Source: an uncultured Gemmatimonadaceae bacterium
Lineage (GTDB): Bacteria > Gemmatimonadota > Gemmatimonadetes > Gemmatimonadales > GWC2-71-9
DNA length: 64,000 nucleotides
Assembly (NCBI GenBank): GCA_964465315.1
Contig: CAYXIK010000007.1
Coordinates: 18,840 to 82,839 of the forward strand
Direction: 5' to 3'
Shown here: in pieces, positions 31,245 to 41,637 of the stretch
Position numbering within the stretch: the stretch's first letter is position 1
Layout: each line of letters begins with the position of its first letter
Translations under genes and position numbers: made by a program
Notes under the pieces: model-generated
Seen by the model: the letters and a program-made list of their open reading frames with translations, nothing else
Database searches by the model: none
What the model was told of the DNA's origin: nothing

Positions 31245-32606
31245 CTAGATCGCTCCCTCGGGGAAGTCCTCGAGCGCGCGCTTCACGTCGGCGAGGAACC
31301 GGTCGGCGTCCGCACCGTCCACGACGCGGTGGTCGTACGACATCGACAGCATCCCCATCGTCCGTATCGCGATCGTGTCCGTGCCGTCGGGGAGCGTCAC
31401 GACCTTGGGGCGCTTCTCGATCGCGCCGACGCCTAAGATCGCCACCTGCGGCTGGTTGATGATCGGCGCGCCCGCGTACGACCCGAACACGCCCGGGTTC
31501 GTAATCGTGAACGTGCCGCGCTGGATCTCGTCGGGCGACAGCTTCTTGCTGCGGGCCCGTTCGCCGAGATCGTTGATCGCGCGGGCCAACCCGGACAGCG
31601 AGAGCTCGTCCGCGCGCTTCACCACGGGAACGATCAGCCCCCAGTCGAGGGCCACGGCGATCCCGATGTTCACGTCGCGGCGGTAGATGATATTGTCGCC
31701 GGAAACGGCGGCGTTCACCACGGCGTGCTTCCGGAGGTTCTCAGCAGCGATCTTCGCGATGAACGCGAGGTACGTCAGGCTCACTCCGCGCTCGGCATAT
31801 GCGGCCTTATGCTTGCGGCGCAGCTCCGCCACCCGGCTGTAGTCGACCTCGAAGAAGCTCGTCACGTGCGCCGACGTGCGGCGCGACATGATCATGTGAT
31901 CCGCGGTGATCTTGCGGATCTTCGAGAACGGCTCGACCCGGTCGCCGGGCCAGGGTTCGACGATCGGATGTGCGACGGGGCCGGACGGCGCGGGAGCGGG
32001 GAGCCGGGAGCCGGGAGCGGTCGGGGCGGGCACGCCGCGCTCGATGAACCCCAGAATGTCCTGCTTGGTGACCCGCCCGGCGAAACCGCTTCCCGGAATC
32101 GTCGAGATATCCACCTGATGCTCGGCGGCGATCTTCCGGACCAGGGGTGTGGACTTGCGCCGCAGGCGCTCCTCGGCGGTCTCAACGCCCCCGTCCCCCT
32201 TCGGGGGAACGGGGGAGGACGGAGAAGGACGGGGGAGGACGGGGGAGGTTGCCGCCGGTGTCGGCGCCGGCTTCGGAGCTGGCGGCGACGACGCAACCGC
32301 AGCCCCCGAAGCCGCGGGCGCCCGCTGGGCTGCTGCGGAGGGGGCTGCGGTCGAGGCGGCGCCCTTGTCGGTCTCGATCACCGCCACGAGCGTCTGTACC
32401 GGGACGGTCTGTCCCTCCTGGACCTTGATCTCGGCCAGAACGCCGGCGGTGGGCGCGGGGATCTCCGCGTCCACCTTATCGGTCGAGATCTCGAACAGCG
32501 GCTCGTCCCGCTTCACGTCGTCGCCGAGCTTCTTGAGCCACTTGCTCAACGTACCTTCGGCGATCGACTCGCCCATTTGGGGCATTAACACGTCAACGCG
32601 CGCCAT
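31245..32606 (-). CDS. 2-oxoacid dehydrogenase E2 component (dihydrolipoamide acyltransferase)
   Basis: 453 aa. Lipoyl domain contains MPQMGESIAEGTLSKW...ISTDKVDAEIPAP. It also has Ala/Pro linkers, a peripheral subunit-binding domain, and a catalytic region with SYDHRVVDGA. Confidence 0.9.
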   Translation of the reverse strand: MARVDVLMPQMGESIAEGTLSKWLKKLGDDVKRDEPLFEISTDKVDAEIPAPTAGVLAEIKVQEGQTVPVQTLVAVIETDKGAASTAAPSAAAQRAPAASGAAVASSPPAPKPAPTPAATSPVLPRPSPSSPVPPKGDGGVETAEERLRRKSTPLVRKIAAEHQVDISTIPGSGFAGRVTKQDILGFIERGVPAPTAPGSRLPAPAPSGPVAHPIVEPWPGDRVEPFSKIRKITADHMIMSRRTSAHVTSFFEVDYSRVAELRRKHKAAYAERGVSLTYLAFIAKIAAENLRKHAVVNAAVSGDNIIYRRDVNIGIAVALDWGLIVPVVKRADELSLSGLARAINDLGERARSKKLSPDEIQRGTFTITNPGVFGSYAGAPIINQPQVAILGVGAIEKRPKVVTLPDGTDTIAIRTMGMLSMSYDHRVVDGADADRFLADVKRALEDFPEGAI

Positions 32607-32615
32607 GACCGCTCC

Positions 32616-33596
32616 TCAATACGCCGCGAGCCATCTCGCAGCTTTCACAATGTCTTCCGTCTGCGGCAGCACGAAGTCCTCGAGCGTCGGTGCATACGGG
32701 AGCGGCACGTCGTGCGCCGTCACCCGCATGATCGGGCCGTCGAGCCAGGCGAACGCCTGCTCGTTGATGCGCGCCGCGATCTCGCCCGCAACGCCGCCGG
32801 TCCGCGTGTCCTCGTGCACGATCAAGACTTTGTTCGTCTTCTGCACCGTCCGCATGATCGCCGCGTCGTCCATCGGCAGGAGGGTGCGCAAGTCGAGCAC
32901 CTCGACGGACAGGCCGTCGTCCTTGGCCAGCTGCTCGGCGGCCTCGAGCGACTTCCACACCGTGGCCCCGTAGGTGACGACGGACAGGTCCTTCCCCTCG
33001 CGGGCGAGGCGCGCCTCGCCGATCGGCGTGAGGACCTCCTCCCCGTCCGGGAGCGCCTCCTTGATGCGACGGTACAACCACTTATGCTCGAGGTAGATCA
33101 CCGGATCGTCGTCGCGAATAGACGCCTTGATCAACCCCTTCGCGTCCCGCGCCGTGGCGGGATAGACGATCTTCAGGCCGGGCGTGTGAAAGAAGGCGGC
33201 CTCGGGATTCTGCGAGTGAAACGGTCCACCCCGTACGTAGCCGCCACACGGTCCGCGCACCACGATCGGCGTCGCGAGGCCCGCCCGGTAGCGCGCCGTC
33301 GCCACGTAGTTGGTGAGCATGTCGTAGGCGCAGGAGATGAAGTCGATGAACTGCATCTCCGCGACGGGTCGCATGCCCATGTGGGCCGCACCGGCCGCCG
33401 CGCCGACGATCGCCGCCTCCGATATCGGCGTGTCGATGACCCGCTGCTCCCCAAACTTCTTTGCGAACCCCTCGGTAACCTTGAAGGCGCCGCCGTATGG
33501 TCCCACGTCCTCGCCCAGGATGAACACGCGGGGGTCGCGCTCCATTTCCTCCCAGAGCCCCTGGCGCAGCGCCTCGAGGTAGGTGACGTCCGCCAT
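32616..33596 (-). CDS. 2-oxoacid dehydrogenase E1 component beta subunit
   Basis: Begins MADVTYLEALRQGLWEEMERDPRVFILGEDVG. The start ATG at 33594-33596 overlaps the E1-alpha stop by 1 nt. Confidence 0.9.
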   Translation of the reverse strand: MADVTYLEALRQGLWEEMERDPRVFILGEDVGPYGGAFKVTEGFAKKFGEQRVIDTPISEAAIVGAAAGAAHMGMRPVAEMQFIDFISCAYDMLTNYVATARYRAGLATPIVVRGPCGGYVRGGPFHSQNPEAAFFHTPGLKIVYPATARDAKGLIKASIRDDDPVIYLEHKWLYRRIKEALPDGEEVLTPIGEARLAREGKDLSVVTYGATVWKSLEAAEQLAKDDGLSVEVLDLRTLLPMDDAAIMRTVQKTNKVLIVHEDTRTGGVAGEIAARINEQAFAWLDGPIMRVTAHDVPLPYAPTLEDFVLPQTEDIVKAARWLAAY

Positions 33597-34651
33597 CACA
33601 GGCCCCGATACCAGTGCCGGGGGGCTGCCGGCGGATCGACGTACACGCCGTCCAGCGCGGACTCGGGCGGCGGGAGCGCGTCGTCCACGCACGCGTCGGT
33701 CGCCTCGTCGATCTCCGCCGTGACCCGTTCGTCGATCTCCTTGAGCTCACGGCCCTCCGCCCATTCGTTTTGCACCAGCTGCCTCACGTAGCGGTCCACC
33801 GGATCGTTTTCCTTCGCCCACCAGTCGAGCTCGTCCTTGGGCACGTAATGCTGGTCGTCGTGCTCGGCGTGACCTCTGCGCCGATAGGTCTTCACCTCGA
33901 TCAAGTGCACGCCGTGCCCGCGACGCGCGCGCTCCACGGCGAACTTCGTCGCCTCGTAGACCGCGAGCACGTCGTTCCCGTCGACGGTGGTCCCCGGAAT
34001 CCCGTAGCCTTTGGCCTTCTCGGCCAGATCCTTGACGGCGAACTGCTTCTCGGGCGGCGTCGAATAGGCCCAGCGGTTGTACTCCGCGATCACGACGAGC
34101 GGCACCTTCTGCACCGCGGCGAAGTTCAGACCCTCGTGGAACGTGCCCGTGGAGGTCGCCCCGTCTCCGATGTACACGAGGCCTACACGCGGCTCACCCC
34201 GCAGCTTGAACGTGAGCGCAATCCCCGCCATCACCGGGACCATGTCGCCCAGGTGGGAGATCTGTCCCAAGTAGCCCTTCTCTAAGTCGTTGAAGTGCAC
34301 ATTGAGCTCGCGACCCTGCGTGGGGCTCCCGGCCTTGGCCATGTACTGGCGTAAGATCTCGATCGGCTGTGCGCCCATGACGAGCATCGAGCCCAGGTTG
34401 CGGATCAGCGGCGAAAGGATGTCCTGGTTACGCCCCCGCTCGAGGGCGTACGCCGTCGCGACGGACTCCCCCTCCTGACCCAGGGAGCGAAACAAGCCGC
34501 CGATCACCTTGCTTTGGCGGTACAACGCCGTCAGCCGCTCCTCGAGGGTCCGCGTGAGCCGGAGGTAGCGATAGATTTCGAGCAGGTGGTCGCGGGCGAG
34601 GCCCGCCGGGATGGGCGGCGACTGTCGGGCGGGAGCGGCGCGCGATACCAT
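33596..34651 (-). CDS. 2-oxoacid dehydrogenase E1 component alpha subunit (TPP-dependent)
   Basis: 351 aa. Contains YIGDGATSTGTFHEGLNFAA, the TPP-binding motif region. Confidence 0.9.
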   Translation of the reverse strand: MVSRAAPARQSPPIPAGLARDHLLEIYRYLRLTRTLEERLTALYRQSKVIGGLFRSLGQEGESVATAYALERGRNQDILSPLIRNLGSMLVMGAQPIEILRQYMAKAGSPTQGRELNVHFNDLEKGYLGQISHLGDMVPVMAGIALTFKLRGEPRVGLVYIGDGATSTGTFHEGLNFAAVQKVPLVVIAEYNRWAYSTPPEKQFAVKDLAEKAKGYGIPGTTVDGNDVLAVYEATKFAVERARRGHGVHLIEVKTYRRRGHAEHDDQHYVPKDELDWWAKENDPVDRYVRQLVQNEWAEGRELKEIDERVTAEIDEATDACVDDALPPPESALDGVYVDPPAAPRHWYRGL

Positions 34652-34658
34652 GACGTAA

Positions 34659-34664
34659 ATTATA
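34659..34664 (-). promoter_or_regulatory. perfect TATAAT hexamer 7 nt upstream of the E1-alpha ATG (leaderless-type -10 element)
   Basis: The minus strand reads ...CGC-TATAAT-TTACGTC-ATG. There is no Shine-Dalgarno sequence, and I found no convincing -35. Confidence 0.4.
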
Positions 34665-34724
34665 GCGGGCGTGAAACTTGGCGGGACGGGGCGGCCAAAG
34701 CAAGCTCCTGGTGGAGGAGGAACG

Positions 34725-34940
34725 ATGGCGACGTTGAAGTTGCGCGTGACGGGGATGACGTGCGGTCACTGCCGGATGAAGGTCGAGCACGCGTTGAAGG
34801 GAGCAAGCGGCGTCTACTCCGCGATCGTCGACCTGCAGGCGGGAGAGGCGGAGGTGGACTTCAATGACGACGCGGCGACCGCTCAGGAGCTCATCGCGGC
34901 GGTCGAGCAAGCCGGATACGGCGCGCGCGTCGCGGGCTAG
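34725..34940 (+). CDS. copZ: heavy-metal-associated (HMA) copper chaperone
   Basis: Begins MATLKLRVTGMTCGHCRMKVEHAL. GGAGGAGG lies upstream of the ATG at 34725. Confidence 0.8.
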   Translation: MATLKLRVTGMTCGHCRMKVEHALKGASGVYSAIVDLQAGEAEVDFNDDAATAQELIAAVEQAGYGARVAG

Positions 34941-35239
34941 TACGCTCCGCGGAGCTCGTGACCCGGCTCCGCCTGCTTGTGCACCTCCGCGAGAAACCGC
35001 TTGGCCAACCGGTCCAGCTCCGATTCGCCCACCTGATCGGTCGTAACCTCGACGAGCGTGTAGTGTCCCCCCTCCGCCCGCGCGGCGATCGTCACCTTGC
35101 CCAGCCCGCCGGCGTACGTGCGGCGTCGTGGCACCTCGTCCGCGGGCGCGAGGCGCGTGCCGAAGAAAGCCTTGGCGGACCGCAGCACATCGTCCGGGCT
35201 CAACGTAGTCCGATGGAAGTACCGCATTCGCTCCTTCAC
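34937..35239 (-). CDS. hypothetical protein (100 aa)
   Basis: It lies downstream of copA. Its stop overlaps the copZ stop in a CTAG tetranucleotide. I recognised no family. Confidence 0.4.
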   Translation of the reverse strand: MKERMRYFHRTTLSPDDVLRSAKAFFGTRLAPADEVPRRRTYAGGLGKVTIAARAEGGHYTLVEVTTDQVGESELDRLAKRFLAEVHKQAEPGHELRGAY

Positions 35240-35252
35240 TCCCTCCCGCGGG

Positions 35253-37794
<2,542 letters not shown>

Positions 37795-37802
<8 letters not shown>

Positions 37803-38226
37803 GGAACTTGTGCGGCGAAGCGGAGGGCCGCCGGTCCGACGTCGCCGGCTCCACCACGAGGAGTCCCTTCAACATGTTCATACCGCAGCGGAAGCGAAAC
37901 TCGCCCGCCTCCTCCGGCGTGAATTCGACAGCCGTGGTCTGGAACGCCGGAAGGGCCGCGTCGATCCCGAAATCCTCGAACACCACACGCTCCGAGCAGT
38001 CGGCGGTCTCGTCGCGATAAAACTGGAGCCGGACGGGCTGACCAGCGCGCACAACGATCGTGTCGGGCGTGTACCCGCCCTTCACCGTGATGTGCACCTC
38101 CTGCACGCCGTCAACGGTCGTCGCGGCGGCGGCAGGTTCCCCTCCACGTGACCAGAGGAAGTACCACAGCACCCAGACGATTGCGGCGAGACCGGCGGCC
38201 GTGACGACGTACTGCGCGAGGCTCAC
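37795..38226 (-). CDS. membrane-anchored cupredoxin-like domain protein
   Basis: 143 aa with an N-terminal transmembrane segment. Contains [26 protein letters not shown]...[10 protein letters not shown]. It overlaps both neighbouring genes. Confidence 0.6.
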
Positions 38227-39554
38227 GCCTTTTCGTAGTACTCGATGCCGAGGTGAGTGATCTGCTCCTCACCCATCAGCCAGCGCAGTGTGTTCTTGAG
38301 CTTGGTCTGCTGAATGAACAGATCGTGCTCCGGGTAAAGGCCGGGAGCGGTCTGCGGACTCTTGAAGTAGAACGACAGCCACTCCTGGATGCCGGCCAGC
38401 CCGGCCCGCTGCGCGAGATCGAAGAACAGGGCGAGGTCGAGGACGATCGGCGCCGCCAGGATCGAGTCCCGGCAGAGGAAATCGACCTTGATCTGCATCG
38501 GGTAGCCGAGCCAACCGAAGATATCGATGTTGTCCCAGCCCTCCTTGTTGTCGCCCCGTGGAGGGTAGTAGTTGATGCGAACCTTGTGAAACACATTGCC
38601 GTACAGCTCGGGGTATTGGTCCGGCTGGAGGATGTACTCGAGCACGCCGAGCTTCGACTCCTCCTTGGTCTTGAACGACTCGGGGTCGTCCAGCACCTCA
38701 CCGTCGCGGTTGCCGAGGATGTTCGTCGAGTACCACCCTGCCAGGCCCAGCATGCGAGCCTTGAACGCGGGCGCTAGGACCGTCTTCATCATGGTCTGAC
38801 CGGTCTTGAAATCCTTGCCCCCGATCGGGAGCCTGCGGTCGTCGGCCAGGCGCTGCAGCGCCGGCACGTCCACCGTGAGGTTCGGGGCTCCGTTCGCGAA
38901 AGGCACATTCTCCATCAACGCGGCGTAGGCATACAACATCGAGGGAGCGATCGCCGGGTCGTTCTGCTCCATCGCCTTTTCGAACGCCTGCAGGCTCTGG
39001 TGGGCGGGGCCCGCGGTGAGAAAGACCTCGGTGGAAGCCGCCCAGATCATCACTAGGCGGTCCGTGCCCGCGCGCTTCTTCACGTCCCGGATGTCCTGCC
39101 GCAGCTGCTCGGCCAGGTCGCGCTTGGTCTTGCCACGCTTCACGTTGGTCCCGTTCAGGCGTTTGACGTAGTTCTGGTCGAAGGCCGCCGCCATGGGCTT
39201 GATGCTCTTCAAGAAGTCGGCGATCGGCTCGAGGTGCGGCGCCTCCAGCACGCCCGCCTTCTTTGCCGCGCTGTAGGCGTCGTCCGGGATCGGGTCCCAT
39301 GCGGCGAACACGAGATCCTCGAGTCGGGCGAGCGGGACGAAGTCCTTGATTTTCGGCGCGCGCTTCTCGGTCCGCTTCCCCAGCCGGATCGTCCCCATCT
39401 GCGACAGAGACCCGATCGGGAGTGCGGTCCCGCGTCGCACATTCTCCACGCCGGCGATGAAGGTGGTGGAGACGGCGCCCAACCCCACGAGCATCACGCC
39501 CAGCCGCCCTTTGGCGGGCGCGACGTCCCGACCATCCTGCTGTGCCACGATCAC
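38223..39554 (-). CDS. ino1: myo-inositol-1-phosphate synthase
   Basis: Begins (GTG)IVAQQDGRDVAPAKGRLGVMLVGLGAVSTTFIAG and has a conserved C-terminal region (...KSPQTAPG...). The GTG at 39552-39554 overlaps the upstream stop (GTGA). The 107 aa upstream in the track ORF are out of frame with the neighbour. Confidence 0.85.
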   Translation of the reverse strand: MIVAQQDGRDVAPAKGRLGVMLVGLGAVSTTFIAGVENVRRGTALPIGSLSQMGTIRLGKRTEKRAPKIKDFVPLARLEDLVFAAWDPIPDDAYSAAKKAGVLEAPHLEPIADFLKSIKPMAAAFDQNYVKRLNGTNVKRGKTKRDLAEQLRQDIRDVKKRAGTDRLVMIWAASTEVFLTAGPAHQSLQAFEKAMEQNDPAIAPSMLYAYAALMENVPFANGAPNLTVDVPALQRLADDRRLPIGGKDFKTGQTMMKTVLAPAFKARMLGLAGWYSTNILGNRDGEVLDDPESFKTKEESKLGVLEYILQPDQYPELYGNVFHKVRINYYPPRGDNKEGWDNIDIFGWLGYPMQIKVDFLCRDSILAAPIVLDLALFFDLAQRAGLAGIQEWLSFYFKSPQTAPGLYPEHDLFIQQTKLKNTLRWLMGEEQITHLGIEYYEKA

Positions 39555-40243
39555 TGTCCTTTCCGAGATTGCAGCGCGGGCGCATGCCCGGGCAGCGTGT
39601 CCCGCTGCGGCCGCCGCACCAGCGGTCCGCCCGCGGCGTGCGCGACGTAGAGAATGCGCTGGATCACGGTCACCGACGTCGCGAGCGCCAGCACTACGAC
39701 GATCCAGAACAGCAACATCCCACGGTTCCCGGGGCCGAGGAACATGGTCGGGGCACCCAGCAGCAACACCCGTTCCGCTCGCTGGGCGATCCCCACTTTG
39801 GCGGTGAGCCCCAGCCCTTCCGCCCGAGCCCGAGTGTAGGAGACCAGGAGCGACGCCGAGAGGGCGACGAGGCACGCGACCACGGCCGACGTCACCCGAT
39901 CCGCCGGCACGCCTCCCCGCAGGAAGTACACGGCGATCCCACTGAACAACGCAGCCTCGCCGACGCGGTCGAGTGTCGAATCGTAAAAGGCCCCAAAGGT
40001 GGTGGTCATGTCGCCCTGGCGCGCCACCCGGCCATCCACCATGTCGAACAGGCCGGAAAAGAGGAGCAGGAATCCGCCCCAGCGGACGCGCCCCACGGCG
40101 AATGCCGTCGCGGACGCGATCACGACCAGCGTGCCGACCGTAGTGATCAGGTTGGGCCGAACGTGCAGTCGGATGAGGGCCAGGGCCAGCGGATCGAGCA
40201 ACTTCCCGAAGCCGTCTCGCAGCCGCTGGGGAATCACGTTCAT
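39551..40243 (-). CDS. CDP-alcohol phosphatidyltransferase (by context a phosphatidylinositol-phosphate synthase type)
   Basis: 230 aa and polytopic. Carries the motif DMVDGRVAR-x8-G-x3-DSTLDRVGE, which fits D-x2-D-G-x2-A-R...G-x3-D-x3-D. Confidence 0.8.
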   Translation of the reverse strand: MNVIPQRLRDGFGKLLDPLALALIRLHVRPNLITTVGTLVVIASATAFAVGRVRWGGFLLLFSGLFDMVDGRVARQGDMTTTFGAFYDSTLDRVGEAALFSGIAVYFLRGGVPADRVTSAVVACLVALSASLLVSYTRARAEGLGLTAKVGIAQRAERVLLLGAPTMFLGPGNRGMLLFWIVVVLALATSVTVIQRILYVAHAAGGPLVRRPQRDTLPGHAPALQSRKGQ

Positions 40244-40252
40244 AGCGGGGGG

Positions 40253-40281
40253 AAGCTAGCCGCGGGCGAACAAACTCTCAA
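40253..40281 (-). promoter_or_regulatory. sigma70-like promoter (TTGAGA-17-TAGCTT) ending 9 nt before the transferase ATG
   Basis: On the minus strand, TTGAGA is at 40276-40281, followed by a 17-nt spacer and TAGCTT at 40253-40258, then CCCCCCGCT-ATG. Confidence 0.35.
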
Positions 40282-40401
40282 TAGAGCAAGCGGTTGTCCA
40301 CCCGCCATTGGTCGCGCGTTGCTCGGGCATGTCCGCTGCACAGGACCAACCAACAACAAGGCCCTCAAGCAGGCTTCAAGGGGATTTTGGACCGCAGAAG
40401 G

Positions 40402-41637
40402 TTAGTACAGCAGGTACTTCGCTCGCAGACGCCGAAACGCCGCCAGCGGCCCGTCCCACGCCCGCCAGATCGATTCCGGCGCGCGTCCCGTGAGCACCCC
40501 GCGCTCGAGCTCGGGACTGCCGGCCAGCCGGTCGAACCGCGCGGTATCGAACCGCAGCGAGTCGGGATGCGCCCCCCGGATCGCCGACAGCAAGAGCACC
40601 GCCAGCTTCGTAGGGTCGTAGCGGCGCCGTTCCACAACGCGCAGCCGGATGCCGTTGATCGTCATGCCGTCATACTTGCCGTCCGTCGGGGCTCGCGGCG
40701 TGAACGTCACACCGGAGACCTCGACGCCGGTCAGGCCTTCCTCGGCCCACCGCCCGCCGCCGCGGAGGCGCGGCAGCACGGCACCGGTGTCGAGCCAGGG
40801 CGCGCCGACGACCTGGAACGCCATGACGGTCCCGCGCCCGACCGAGAGGTTGGTAGCTTCAAACAAACAGATGCCGGGATAGTGCTCGGCGCTCTCAAGA
40901 TTTGGGAGGTTGGGCGATGGGCGAACCCACGGGAGGCCTGTGTCGTCGTAGTACATGGCGCGTCGCCACCCCACGGCGGGAACGACGGTCAATCGGGCGT
41001 GAATGCCGAGCGCGTCATTCTCGAGTCGTAGCAACTCGCCGATGGTCATGCCGTGACGCATCGGAATTGGTAGGAGATCCCCGACGCGCTCGACCGTCCG
41101 TGTCGTCCCGACATTGCCCTGGACCGCGACGCCCCCGATGGGATTCGGCCGGTCGAGGACGACCACCTGCTTCCCCCGCCGCGCGGCCTCCTGCATGACC
41201 AGGACGGCCGTTGGGGGGTAGCTGTAGTACCGGGCGCCGACATCCTGGAGGTCCACAAGGATCATGTCCACGGAATCGAGCGCCGAGATCGCGGACAGCG
41301 GCGTGCCCCCGTAGAGGCTGTAGATTGGGAGGCCGGTCGCCGAATCGGCGGTATCGGGCAGGCCGGGACGGTCTTCAACGCCGCGCAGCCCGTGCTCGGG
41401 GCTGAGGACCAGGGCCACCTGGACCCCCGGGGTGCCGCGTAACAGATCGATATCTCGGCGGCCCAGACGGTCCACGCCGGACTGGTTGGTCAGCAGCGCG
41501 ACGCGCTTGCCGGTGACGACCCCGATCGAGTCCGACACGACGACCTCGATCCCCGGCCGCACTTGTGCCGCGGCGGGAAGAGACGTGGCAACCGCACCGG
41601 CGAGCACCACCAACAGCGAGAGAGAATGCGGGCGCAT
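40402..41637 (-). CDS. DUF1343 family protein (NamZ-like exo-beta-N-acetylmuramidase), secreted
   Basis: 411 aa with signal peptide MRPHSLSLLVVLAGAVATSLPAAAQ. Contains GIEVVVSD...GKRVALLTNQSGVD, typical of DUF1343. Confidence 0.8.
   Translation of the reverse strand: MRPHSLSLLVVLAGAVATSLPAAAQVRPGIEVVVSDSIGVVTGKRVALLTNQSGVDRLGRRDIDLLRGTPGVQVALVLSPEHGLRGVEDRPGLPDTADSATGLPIYSLYGGTPLSAISALDSVDMILVDLQDVGARYYSYPPTAVLVMQEAARRGKQVVVLDRPNPIGGVAVQGNVGTTRTVERVGDLLPIPMRHGMTIGELLRLENDALGIHARLTVVPAVGWRRAMYYDDTGLPWVRPSPNLPNLESAEHYPGICLFEATNLSVGRGTVMAFQVVGAPWLDTGAVLPRLRGGGRWAEEGLTGVEVSGVTFTPRAPTDGKYDGMTINGIRLRVVERRRYDPTKLAVLLLSAIRGAHPDSLRFDTARFDRLAGSPELERGVLTGRAPESIWRAWDGPLAAFRRLRAKYLLY

Noticed and set aside
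32200-32245. The short direct repeat GGGGGAGGACGGGGGAGGACGGGGGAGG, and the C-rich run at 41700-41760.
   Set aside because: Both lie inside coding regions and encode Pro/Ser/Ala-rich interdomain linkers (the E2 lipoyl linker and the NagZ lipoprotein tether). They are not CRISPR, satellite or mobile-element repeats.
34937-34940. The convergent copZ and 100-aa ORF stop codons share a CTAG tetranucleotide.
   Set aside because: This is a trivial consequence of palindromic TAG/CTA overlap. I can support no functional implication, and the 100-aa ORF itself is only weakly supported.
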